Part shown: in pieces, positions 1 through 11,800 of the stretch
Layout: each line of letters opens with the position of its first letter
Numbering within the stretch: position 1 is the first letter of the stretch
Source: Azolla caroliniana
Lineage: Eukaryota > Plantae > Polypodiophyta
Length of the DNA: 24,973 bases
Direction of reading: 5' to 3'
Assembly (NCBI GenBank): GCA_043228905.1
Contig: JBHGNT010000446.1
Coordinates: forward strand, 1-24,973
Program-made: the position numbers and the translations under genes
The notes under the pieces: generated by a model
Told to the model about the DNA's origin: nothing
Database searches by the model: none
Seen by the model: only the letters and a program-made list of their open reading frames with translations

Positions 1-1770
1 GATGTAAACGAGGGTTCGTCAACTAGTTTCTATGTGCTCTAACCTAAGTCTTGCATGAGAACAACCATAACGTGAGGTTCATGCCAAATGTTGTTGATCT
101 CTTTGTGAAGGAGAGAAATGAGAGTTTGTTTTGTGTTTCTTGCTTGTTTATACGCCTTCTCCAGGCTCCCCCAACCATTAGTTTAGTTTTGTGATCCTTT
201 GTTGTAAACCTTGTGTGATATCATTAATGTGTGAGGTTGGAGCTAACATTGCTTTTTACTTAAAAATAGAGAATTTGTTTTGCTTTGTCAAACACCTTCT
301 CGTAAGATTATCATGAATCGCAAGTTAAAGACTAGTCAAGATTTTTTGTTCACCTAACAATCTTTAGATAATAGCCTCTATGACTGCTAACAACTATTTT
401 AACATATATATTACTATATATCTCTCATGTAAGGGTGAACTCTTCCCTTGCGAAAAACAACTATATTGTTATGGATTGAGATGTCCAAACAATAATTTTA
501 TGCTACTAATGCCCACTTAGATGTATCAATACATATACTCTTGCATTCAACTTTTGTTCATATGGATAGCCTAACTTGTTCATTAAGTTAAATAAGGATA
601 TGTTCAATTTAGTTGTTGCTTTGTCTTAAAGATTTCAACATGCAGAAATTCATCCAAGGTGGAGATGACGAAATGGCTTATCGGTGACAAATAAAGAAAA
701 CATGTTTTGCCCATTCAACACCTTTGGAGATAGTCATCAATACTTATCCAAATAGCTTGTGTTAAAAACCTCCTCATAGACAATAGACCAAGCAAAGTAA
801 AAATAGGTGAATAGGTTGGATAGAGGAACCCGATCCTGTAACCACCCTTGAGCTATGATCAAAACATAGCCAACCTACCACCAATGTCCCATACTTATGG
901 ATATTAGGACAACTAATACATTGGAAGAGGTAGCACGATTATCGTGACAAAATTGTAGCTCACACCGTTAGTGTCTCGTGAATTCCACAACATAATGTAC
1001 ACATAACGATAGATAAGCTTCGTTTTATATATCTTCACAAGCCCCTTGAATGGATTTGCTTTTTTAAATGATTCTCCATGAACCTATCATTCCCTCTATC
1101 TAATCCCTTCTAATATTAGTGAACATACCCTTCACTCGTGTTTTTGTAAATATTAGTGACCTACTCTAACTGATGTTACGTGTACATAACATTATGTATA
1201 ACTTTAAGTGGATACAATACGGTGATCTGCAGGGTTCGGATGATGTTCAATGGCAATGACAAGTGACCTTTAAGAATCAATGGCAATGACTTCACTTTTT
1301 TTCGAATACAATTGCTAGTCCGAAGTGGAATTATGTCATACCTTCTTTTATGTTGGATAGTTGATAGTATTGTTTTATATATGACATTATCTATTTGATC
1401 AAATGCCTATACTAGCTTTTGTATCTTACAATAAGAAGTGAGATGAAATGTCTCTTGTTTTTTCTACGTATAGTTTTCAAGTAATATATACTAAGGTGCA
1501 TCTCTACAAGCAAAAAACAAACAAACATTATGTATAACTTAAGTGCAATATATTATGTTTGGTGTGCATAGATGCAAACAATGAGAGATCTATTAATAGA
1601 GTTTTACTTCGCAATAGTTCGTGCATGGTTTAAAACATAATATATCGTGGGAGGATAAGAAATTGCCTAAGTTTTGTTTTTGTTTTTTGAAAAAATATCC
1701 TCCATTGGCATTGAAATTAAAGTGGCCAGAGGCAATATACAAAAATAGTCCAATAGTCCAATCTTTCTAG

Positions 1771-1965
1771 GTAAAGATAATTACATTTCGCACACCCTCA
1801 AGTTGCATTCTCTCATAAAGCTTGAGGGTTTCATCACCATTTCCATTCTCAACATATCCTTATATTAACGTATTCCATGCCTCCACAAACTTTCAACATG
1901 GAAACAAATGCTATAGCATTAGGCTGGGCACCTTCCAAGTGCATCATTTCAAAACATTCCAAAAT
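1771..1965 (-). pseudogene. PLS-class pentatricopeptide-repeat (PPR) gene fragment
   Basis: The minus strand reads LECFEMMHLEGAQPNAIAFVSMLKVCG in one frame, then AWNTLI*GYVENGNGDETLKLYERMQLEGV in a second frame. These are two P-type PPR motif pieces with an in-frame stop and a frameshift. No start or complete array is visible. Confidence 0.75.
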
Positions 1966-4875
1966 GCTAGTGCAAGGATATGCCTTTTTCCAAGGTCAAC
2001 CAAACGAGTTCCATTAGGGGAAACACTTATATTGGCTATTTGTTGTGAAATTTGAAGATTTTTTCTTAAATTTGTCTTTACAAGAGCATCAATCTCAATG
2101 TTCATCACCGAAAGAGATGTTGTTCTAGATTTATTTAATTTCCTCAAAAGGTCCAATGCACTCCACTTGCACCGCCGCCAAGAACAAATATTGTTGAAGA
2201 TGTGTAGGAGAACTGTCATCTTTGGTTCAACTTCAATCTTGCCATTGTTATCCAACAAACGTAATAATTGATTAGATGTTAAATTGCCTAAGTTTTCGAG
2301 AGTTAACATGACAAAATGTCTTTCATTGTTAGTTAAAAAATAGTTGCTCATTCACATTTGGCAAGAGGCATCCTCCTTAATTTGTCACCAATTCAGAGTA
2401 ATCAACTACTTATTTGTTAGCTAATATTCTTATCATTAACAACCTGATATTTTTGTGAATGACATTGGCTTCTTGAACATGTTATGTTCATTTTAGTTCC
2501 CGAGTAGTACATCCTGGGAGTTGGATAAGAAATTGTACGAGGTGATGATGATGGACATGATGAGATGATGTTGTTCAGGGGGGGGGAGGACTTGGCCAAA
2601 CCCTCATTGATGCAAAAAAGATAGGCATATGCACCCCAACACCCTAGACATATCACAAAATGTGGGTTAGAATTTTTTTCCCTAGCTTGACGACAATGAA
2701 CAGAAAGGTTAAAGTGAGAAGCATGCACACAATCCTCCAACTTAACACCATCTAGTCGACGACATTTAATTATTTACGCAACCAAAATTTATAAGTTGTT
2801 TGTCCATTCACAAAACATGTTTAAGCAAACAAATGTATAAATAATGCAAGGTGTAAGTGAATGTTGGGATGCAAGCAACTTTTAATAAATATTGTTGTGT
2901 ACTTTATCAATGGTTTGTGGTTTAGAATCGAGGTTGATGTTCCATGGACACATTTCATCTAGATTATACCCGTATGGTTTAGTAGTGATATATGTTTGAT
3001 TGTGTAAATATTCAGTTGATGACAGATAGGGAAGTAGTAGGCAAAATCCATTTTAAAAAAATGGATATGTTCACGCATTAAATCATTGTTTTTTCATAAC
3101 CAACTTAAGAAATTTTATATCTCAAAGATATTTATAGAAAACGTTGAAAGAATCGATGTTAATTTTACCAATTGTACTGCAGAAAGTGAGTTTTTGATAC
3201 CATATTTAAGGAAAAACAATTTAAAGCAAACATATTGTTTTCATCCTTGAGTTGTGAAAGTGAAATTGTTGTGCATTGTTGTTACTTTGCCGACATTGGA
3301 TCATGGAAATCACATTTTTGGGAGATTTATGAAATGAAGAATCAAAGCCATTTCAATAGACTTGAAGTCATAACCTTCACTTTTAAAAGCATAAGCCAAT
3401 TTGATTGGGGCACCTATGACAATGTAATTTAATTGTGACCAAAGTAGCTCATGTTCATCAATATCTCATCAATTTTGAGTGTGTGGAACCACTAAGTTTC
3501 ATTTACTTTTTCTTACAAGTGTGAAGGGTCCTGCTTGAAAGTTTACTATGTGACGTTGAAAGTGATGCTCACGTGGTGCTCTGCACGCAATGCCTCGTTC
3601 TCATCTCGTCACAAAGCTTCATTAAGAAATTGGTGTATGACATAAATTTATTCATTTGTTTGAGGCTAATGTGCATTCCCTTCTTTTGGTTACTTAATAT
3701 GACAAATATTAACTCATTGTTTATATGTTTTAGGTTGACCTTAAAAGTTTTTCCTTGTTTCCTATATTAAGGTTCACATGGGCATCATCGTAATGATGTT
3801 TCATCCGAGCATTTGAATCTCATCTTCTTGAATTGTGTTCTTCTTTGCAAGTACCCCTATAGAATGCAACCATCCATGAGTGCAAATTTACTCATGTGTG
3901 GGTGTAATCACATGGTTTGTGGAATCCAAATATTAGACTCTAGAGCAAGGAAGATGCTCTCGAGGAATGTGCCAACAACCTACAATGGTTGATAAAATTA
4001 ATGAACATTATATGTATTATCACATATCAAACTAACGATGAACGAAAGAATAAGACATTAATGAGAGGAATGGATTAAGGGTGCTTAACCACATTGACCA
4101 CCATTGACCGAAGAACAAGAGACAAACATAAAACATCATCAATGTCCCATGATATTGTGTATTACCTTAAGTTATACCTTGGTTGTTGAACAAATGGTCC
4201 AAAGAAGAGAGCTTAGCCTCGCCTTAAAGTCTCGACAATGTTTGAAGATGTTGTTATGAGGGGGGTAGCTATTCCCCTTCGTATAACTCAACAATTAAGG
4301 TTGCTCGACCGCCATGTCTTCCCATGTGTCATAGGTCAAGATCTTAAGATAACTTATCTCCTCACCATTGTACCCTTAACCCATTCAAATTAGATATAGA
4401 ATTAGTTTGTAAGGTTGTGCATATAACACATACGCACATGCAATGATGCACAACCAAAGCACAACATGAAAAAATCCTTATAAACACCCATGAATAGATA
4501 TCATTAATGTGTTAGTTGCATTTGCCGACTTGGGGTCTAAGGGGATACCAAAACACCGACACTGTAAAACATATTGGAATGTTATAGCATGGGTTCCAAG
4601 AGGATTCCTAAATATTGGCAGACTCAAAGACATTGGAGCGGTGGACTACAATCCAAGAGGATTCCACAACACACAACAAGATGTTGCTAATGTGATAACG
4701 ATATCGGGAAGCAAGGTGAAGTGTCGTTGCAAGGGGCAGAAGAAGAAGATACACTTGACAAACTATATAATGTCGTTATGTATGTCATTGAACTGGAGTT
4801 GACGAGAATTCCAAAACTTGAAGACAATTGTCACATCAAGATTTTGATAATGCAATAAAGATATTGGGAAGTATG

Positions 4876-5266
4876 TAACAATCGACAACGGTTCGGTTTG
4901 AACCAAACCATGATCCCGTGGCTTAATGGTTTAAACGGTTCTATTTGGTTTCAACAGTTAGAGGTTTTACCGGTTTAACGGTTATTTATTTATTAGTTAT
5001 TTTTAAAATTTGTAAAAAAATTGCAAAAAGTTATTTTTAAACAATATTTCCATTCGTAGACCTTATTCTCACATTTTAGGAACATCTTTACAATTGAAAA
5101 AATTTAAAAAAATTAAAAAGTTTAAATTTAAAAATTAAAATTTGACATAAGTTGAAAACCGAAACCGAACAATGGAACTGCGGTTTTAACGGTTTAATGG
5201 TTTGAATTTTTTTTAACAGTTCGGTTTTGTCCCTCTCAAACCGAACCGAACCGTTGCCGATTGTTA
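4876..5266. mobile_element. hAT-family MITE (391 bp), copy A, upstream of DEG1
   Basis: TIRs TAACAATCG(A/G)CAACGGTTCGGTT at both ends. Perfect 8-bp TSD GAAGTATG (4868-4875 and 5267-5274). Subterminal AACCG/CGGTT repeats and an AT-rich non-coding core. Confidence 0.9.
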
Positions 5267-5334
5267 GAAGTATGCGAGAGGGAACAAAACGTGTTACCTG
5301 GGGCCGTGGCACCACTGGAAAATGTACGCACCAT

Positions 5335-5370
5335 CACTCACTCACTCACTCACTCACTCACTCACTCACT
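5335..5370 (+). repeat. (CACT)9 microsatellite in the DEG1 promoter/5'UTR
   Basis: Nine perfect CACT units read directly from the sequence. Confidence 0.95.
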
Positions 5371-5447
5371 GCCTATGGCTCATTGCTAAGTATGTATCCT
5401 CAAAAGCAATACTGCTTCTGATTTTGTGATCAATCACTCTTTGACTC

Positions 5448-5857
5448 ATGGCCATGATAAGTATCCACAACTCGCCATGTCTAGGCTTGAGCCTCTGCTC
5501 ACCTCGCAAATCTCTTCCTCCTCCTCTGTTCTCCCACAGAAGAAAGTATCGCAATCGCCCAGTAGCATTGTTTCCCAACCATTCCCAAACCTCCACAGAG
5601 ATGTCTCCTCCCTCTCCGAAAGAAGATATCCTCCGCAGATTCTTTGAGAACAGAATAGGACATGTTATACTCTCGAAGAAGCTCTTTGTTGCCGCCGCTT
5701 CCTTGGCTTTGTCTTTTTCTTTACTTGGATCTGGGGTGGATTCATACGCCCTTGTTTCATCCACCTCTCGACGATTGCAAAGTGATGAAGTCGCTACAGT
5801 GAAGCTCTTCCGAGAGAACACGCCGTCAGTGGTCTATATCACAAACTTAGCTGTCAG
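5448..5857 (+). CDS. DEG1: DEG1 exon 1 (transit and lumenal targeting peptides, start of protease domain)
   Basis: ATG at 5448; reads ...[22 protein letters not shown](R); donor AG|GTATGT at 5858. Confidence 0.88.
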
Positions 5858-8800
5858 GTATGTATATTTCTTTGATTCAATGCGAGGGCTTATTTTCTAT
5901 ACAGTATGCATTTTATCATCATTGATATGTAGCTATTTTTTTCTTGAATTGACGTGACAACTTGTTTTTCACAATGGGTTTGTGGTACTTGGGATTGTGT
6001 TTGTTTATTAGTTGTCGAAATGCATTAAATAATAGGAAATGTCGCAAAAACAAATTTGCAGGAATTTAAGAGGTGATGTAATAAGAAATGCTGAGGAAAT
6101 ACCACAAATTTATAGGACTGCAAGAGAATACCAAAGATTTATAGAACTTAAGAGAGAAAATCCCAAGAATTTATATAACTGCAAGAGAGAAAAGACAACA
6201 ATTTGATGGAAATTTAGTAGAAGATTTAACAGGAAACTCAAGAGAATACCAAAAATAATAGAGATTAGTAGAATATAATGTGAAATGTTGAGAAAACATC
6301 ACAAATTGTTAGGAATTTACTGTGTATTTTTGTTGGATAACCCCATCTATGCAGATAGAGATAATGTGTGATGTCCTATTGTGTGTTCGATGAAGATATG
6401 TATAAGCAGTAAGGGAACTAAGAAGATATCTTATTGGCTATATTTTGAGTGAGAATTTGAACTGGAAAGTCACAGAGGACTTCATAATTTATAGTGTGAA
6501 TTGACGTTCTTTTGGATGAAACATGAAGGGGAACACCAATGTTTCTGCGATAGCCCCTGCCGTTATGTTGTAAATAAGACATGAACGCTTTCATTTGGAT
6601 CAGGTGATTTCTACTCCTTCCCTAGGTGTACTTGACACTTGATCTATTGGAGTGTGGGTTGAAGATATGAATGCTGGTCCTTGAGACTTGATTATATATG
6701 CAAGTTCTGTGTGGGTTGATGGTATGGGATGCCAGTCCTTGAGCCAAGGATTAGCTCATACTTGACTGGCGCCTGTGCTAGTTCAGTGTGGGTGAGCTTG
6801 TATTGGTTCTATGTCTGGGAGAAAAGTGTGATGCCCATCCTTAAGGTTGCCTATTGCGAATTTGTCTGGGTCACATCATGCGTATGCCAGCCATGGGTAG
6901 AGAAACCATTTTCATGCGGTGCTTGTATGGCTTGGTCTCTAGAATAATGAATAACTGGCTAAGGAACTTATGTGAATATATTATATGACTGTATTTGTCA
7001 GCCCTTGATAACCATGACTACTTTATAGTATTTGTATATGTGTTCATTTTACATCTTATTATTATTTTTATATTTTTTATTAAGGATTTCACTGCTGCTG
7101 GGCAACACAAGTTGTAAACAGGGTTTTTGGTCTTGTACATCACAGTGGTATCTTGTAACAAACATTTCTTTCATCTTTCCCTGGTTTCAAGCAGGAAAAA
7201 AAGCATGCTGAAAGAAAAGTCCAAACATGCCATCAAGGCTACCCTGCAGAGTGGGACTTGTTACCAACTAGTGGGAACTCCCTTTAGCTAATTCTACCCT
7301 TTACTGGCTTAGGAGCTTTGCGGATTTCTGAAGGATGTGGTAGTATTTCTAGTACCAACAGGGTTCACTAGAAATGCTTAGAGTAAGATACATCTGTAAC
7401 TCCCAAATACACTCCATCACTTTGCTAGGCATACACCAGATCAAAAACCCCCATGCCATTTATAAGGTCCATGTCGTTATTGCTGCCACATGCATTGCTG
7501 GTAAACTAGTTATCTCATGCTATATCTCAGGAAAAGGAGATTTACAAAACAGCAATATTGCTGCAACATTTCGAGTGACTATGACATACCATCACTGTTT
7601 GTCTATGGGAATTATTTCAAACTGATATGTTTGTTCAGTGAAACATAGATTCTCAATTCTTTTTGCTTATGCAGACGAGATGCGTTTACCTTGGATGTCA
7701 TGGAAGTGCCACAAGGTTCTGGATCAGGTTTTCTATGGGACAAAGATGGGCATGTTGTGACAAACTACCATGTTATCAGAGGGGCTTCTGATCTTAGGTA
7801 TACTCTAATATCTAGAACCTATAGCAATCCGTACCCTTCTGATAATACATACCATATTAATCTATTTATGTCCAATTGTCAGAGTGACATTAGGAGACCA
7901 ATCAGTGTATGAAGCAGCTGTTGTTGGCTATGATGAAGATAAAGATGTTGCAGTATTGCATATTGATGCGCCTAAAGACAAACTTAGGCCAATTCCAGTT
8001 GGAACCTCAGGCGATCTTTTAGTTGGGCAGAAAGTATACGCCATTGGAAATCCGGTAGGTAAGTTGATTCAATGCCACTGTTTGAAGCATGGGCAGTTAT
8101 TGCAGCACTGCTTGATTTCCAACTTCTAATTCAAACAAGAGTAATCTTGGATAATTTAGAATGTTGACGTGATCTGTTGTTCTTTTAAGAATTTAATGGA
8201 CATAAATGCATGTTATTTCATACATTATTTAGATAGATATTGTACACGTTGTGTGAATTTTGGAATGGAATCAAATGTTTATATGCTGTAGATTATCTCT
8301 ATTGTATTTTCTATGCAAATTTGACGACAGGTGCATTTAATATACCGATATGAATTGTTTTAATGGATAGGAAATTTGATGAACAATGAATTCAAGCATA
8401 TGTAAAATCCATAAAAAACAGGCATTACATGAGGGAAAAACATATTAGAATATAGTCAAGTTAGTTTAAAGCTGGATATCCTTTAGGGTGGTGAGTTTTG
8501 GCTGTCATAGAAATACTCAATGGTAAACACTAAAAACCCTTGAAGAAATGTGCCATAGTATGAAAGTACGTATTCACTCTTTTTTCAGATTGGCTTGTAG
8601 GATGCTTAATGACAATCATGAGGCTGGAACATTATTTTTTCAGCACTTCAACTATTTCATATTTTGCTCAAGAGTGTTGTCGATGTTTTACAGTTTGGGC
8701 TGGATCATACACTGACAACAGGAGTGATTAGGTATGACTATTGCTTGTTCCTTCTTTCCTCCTATGATATGCTTGCATATGTTAACACTTCCTAATATAA

Positions 8801-11800
8801 TGGCAGTGGCTTAAGGAGAGAAATTAGCTCAGCTGCTACCGGACGACCCATTCAGGATGTGATACAGACAGATGCAGCTATCAATCCTGGAAATAGTGGA
8901 GGCCCCCTTCTCGATAGCTCTGGATATTTAATTGGAATCAATACTGCAATATATTCTCCATCTGGTGCATCTTCTGGTGTCGGGTTTTCTATTCCGGTGG
9001 ATACGGTAGGAGAGACATGTTTATGACTGGGACATACATTGCTTCACTGTGTTTGTGTAATCTATAGAAATATATTACATTATGTAAATGTCAATACTCT
9101 TTCCTTGACTAGCAAAAATATGCATCTTAGCTATAGTGTTTAGTATAACTCAATTTGCATCAGCCTTATAGTTTTAACCCTCATTTGGGATAAGCTCGTT
9201 TATTTGGCTTCTGTTCACCTCCTGCCTCCTCTCTCTGAGAAATAGGAGTGTACTACTCAATCTGAGCAACATCAAATAAACAAAAAATAAGTCAATAGAA
9301 GGATGGAGGTGAATCACAAGCAAAGGGACATCGTAATTTTAAAATTATGATATCCGAAAACCTAGCAACATCACAAACTGAAGAGAATGCATATGGAACA
9401 TTCTCATGGCATAACTGATGGACAACATTGGTTATAAGAGTTTCACTTGATAATGTACAATCTATGAGATCCCAATTCAGATTGTACTACTCACTCTGAG
9501 CAACATCAAATAAAAAATATAAGTTTGAAACTCTTTGAGGCCATAAGGAGCAGATTGTTCGAGCTCACCATCTAGATGAGCTCAGTTTTAAGCATTCAGG
9601 TTGGGCTCTCTCTATTGTTGGGTTATAAGATATTATGCCAGTTGTGACACTGTTCACCCGGCCGTTATATATTTTTCGCTTCACAATGGTAGCTCCTTCC
9701 TCATGATCCTTTTGACAACTTTCATGTTTATAGGTGCACTTTGACCTTGCAATTCACATACTGATTCAAGCATAAAACCTGATTTTTGGACATCTACATA
9801 TGTGAAGATCCAACAAACGTCATTCGGTTCGAGAGTGTCAAAACCAAACCGTTTAAAAAATTTGAAACTTGAACCGAACCAAACCATATAAACCGAAACT
9901 GTTTGAATTAAAACCGTTTAAATCAAACTGCTACAAAAAATCCAAACCGTTAAAACTGCGGTTTCATGATTTGGTTTCGGTTTTCAAGTTAGGTCAAAAT
10001 TCAAATTTAAAATTTTAAAGTTTTAAATTTTTTTCATGATTTTAAATTATAATTTTTCAAAAATTTAAAGATTTTTCCTAAAATGTGAGAATTAGGCTTA
10101 AAAATGAAAAGGTTGTTAAAAAAAATCAACTGGCAACTGTAAACCATCAAACTGTTTAAACCGAACTGAACTGAACCGTTCGCTCCAAACCGAAACTGAA
10201 CCGTTAAAAAAAACTTAAACCTGAACTGAACCGTTGCCGATTTTTATTGATAATATGAGCTCTTGTTGTGTAGGGTAGAGCCCATAGAAAGATGATATAT
10301 TATTGCTCTGTTGAATTCCTCAAAACCTACACAATGTCATGAGCTAAACTCATGCAAACTATTGAGGTACCAAAGGATATGCGGTGGGGGTTTATGCATT
10401 GTATGAGTTGGAGTATCAGTATCAAATGAGATGACCAACACCCTTAGTGTGAAACATGTACCCAGTCGTATTGGGTAATGAGTTGGGTAGAGTCATACTT
10501 GTACTTCCATATGAAGATAATATCTTGACCGCAGACTCCCTAAAGGGCTTAAAAAACATCTTGAGGCTCTACTTGCATTGTGAACTTACAAAGAAGCCAG
10601 AAGCAATAATCCAGAATCATCACATGACATGTCTAAGATCTGATCCCTTTCTCTTCTATGTAAGTCATAACTTTTGTGGGACAGCATTGCAGACTGTGCT
10701 CTGTGAGATCTCCGAACTAATCCTGCAAGCTGCTAATCAATACATGTCTTTTGATATGCTGCATGTTTAATTTTATATTAAGGCGTATCTTTTAAACTCT
10801 GGATCAAGTGCTGACTTCTATTTGGATTGTCTGTGTAAGTGGCAATTGACACATACACTGCCTCCTGGTTGACAATTCTGTTGTAAAGATATTATCTGTT
10901 TTCTCCTTGAGTCAGAATGTCATGTACTTTCTTTTGAAAGGTGAGATAAAGCCCCTAATTATTTTTTATTATAAAGACTAAGGCAATGATTTGCATCTTG
11001 TTAGGGTACATGTATATATGGCATCAAAAACTCTGCCAGACAAAGATATACCCTGAAAAATTCCTATAGTATTGAATATGCAACTTATTCCATATTGTCA
11101 TAGTATTGAATGGTAATAGACCAATGATTTTTGCCCTAAAGCCAGATATATAATATGTACATAGACATATATACATATGCATCATTGGAACTGGAGGTTT
11201 GAGTCAAACCTGACGAGAATGTGGAAAAGCGAACAATAGTATGTGCATGTGGCTTGACTTGAATATGCTGAGAATGTGAACTAGTTAATAGCAGCATGTG
11301 CATGTTCACTTACAATGTATCATTTTTCAGAAATGATGTGATTATTAACATTCCTCTACAGATTTGACAAGTAATCATAGTAATATGATCACTAATAATA
11401 GTCTGAAAGTTACTATGCAAAAAAAAACATATACATTTCAGGTCAGTGGCATTGTTGATCAAATTATCAAGTATGGGAAAGTGACTCGGCCAGTGCTCGG
11501 GATTTCATTTGCACCAGAACAGTCTGTGGAACAACTTGGTGTCAGTGGTGTGCTTGTACTTGATGCTCCGCCATCCGGACCGGCTGGAAAAGCAGTATGG
11601 ATTTTTTTGGTTTCGCCTTTAGCATGGATAAATGCTTACGAAAACTTAGTTAAAATCCCTGCTTTTACTGTTAGCATGCATAGATATCGAGGAGAATTTA
11701 CTTAATGGTAGCTCCTTTCCACTGTCTCACTGCTTCAGGGACTAAGACCTACCACTCGGGATGAATTTGGACGCCTTGTATTGGGTGACATTATTACTTC

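Noticed and set aside
1641-1676. Short matches to 2281-2296 and 2511-2535 in scrambled order
   Set aside because: The matches are only 12-16 bp in AT-rich DNA, too weak to claim a rearrangement.
1-1700. Possible LTR or TE-derived sequence with short direct repeats (TCAATGGCAATGAC at about 1247 and 1277; AACATTATGTATAACTT at about 1188 and 1524)
   Set aside because: No TG...CA pair, PBS, TIR/TSD or recognisable protein motif was found, so it cannot be classified by eye.
3235-4802. Short ORFs (65-97 aa) and a stop-poor frame at about 3920-4390
   Set aside because: No recognisable domain or consistent splice structure; possibly old TE debris, but unsupported.
5088-5821. ORFs 5088..5315, 5227..5421, 5366..5821 and 5426..5647
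   Set aside because: These are MITE or microsatellite read-through, or antisense/alternate frames of DEG1 exon 1.
9681-10770. ORFs 9681..9887 and 10456..10770 in DEG1 intron 5
   Set aside because: The first overlaps the MITE repeats and the second has no recognisable motif; both are likely chance ORFs.
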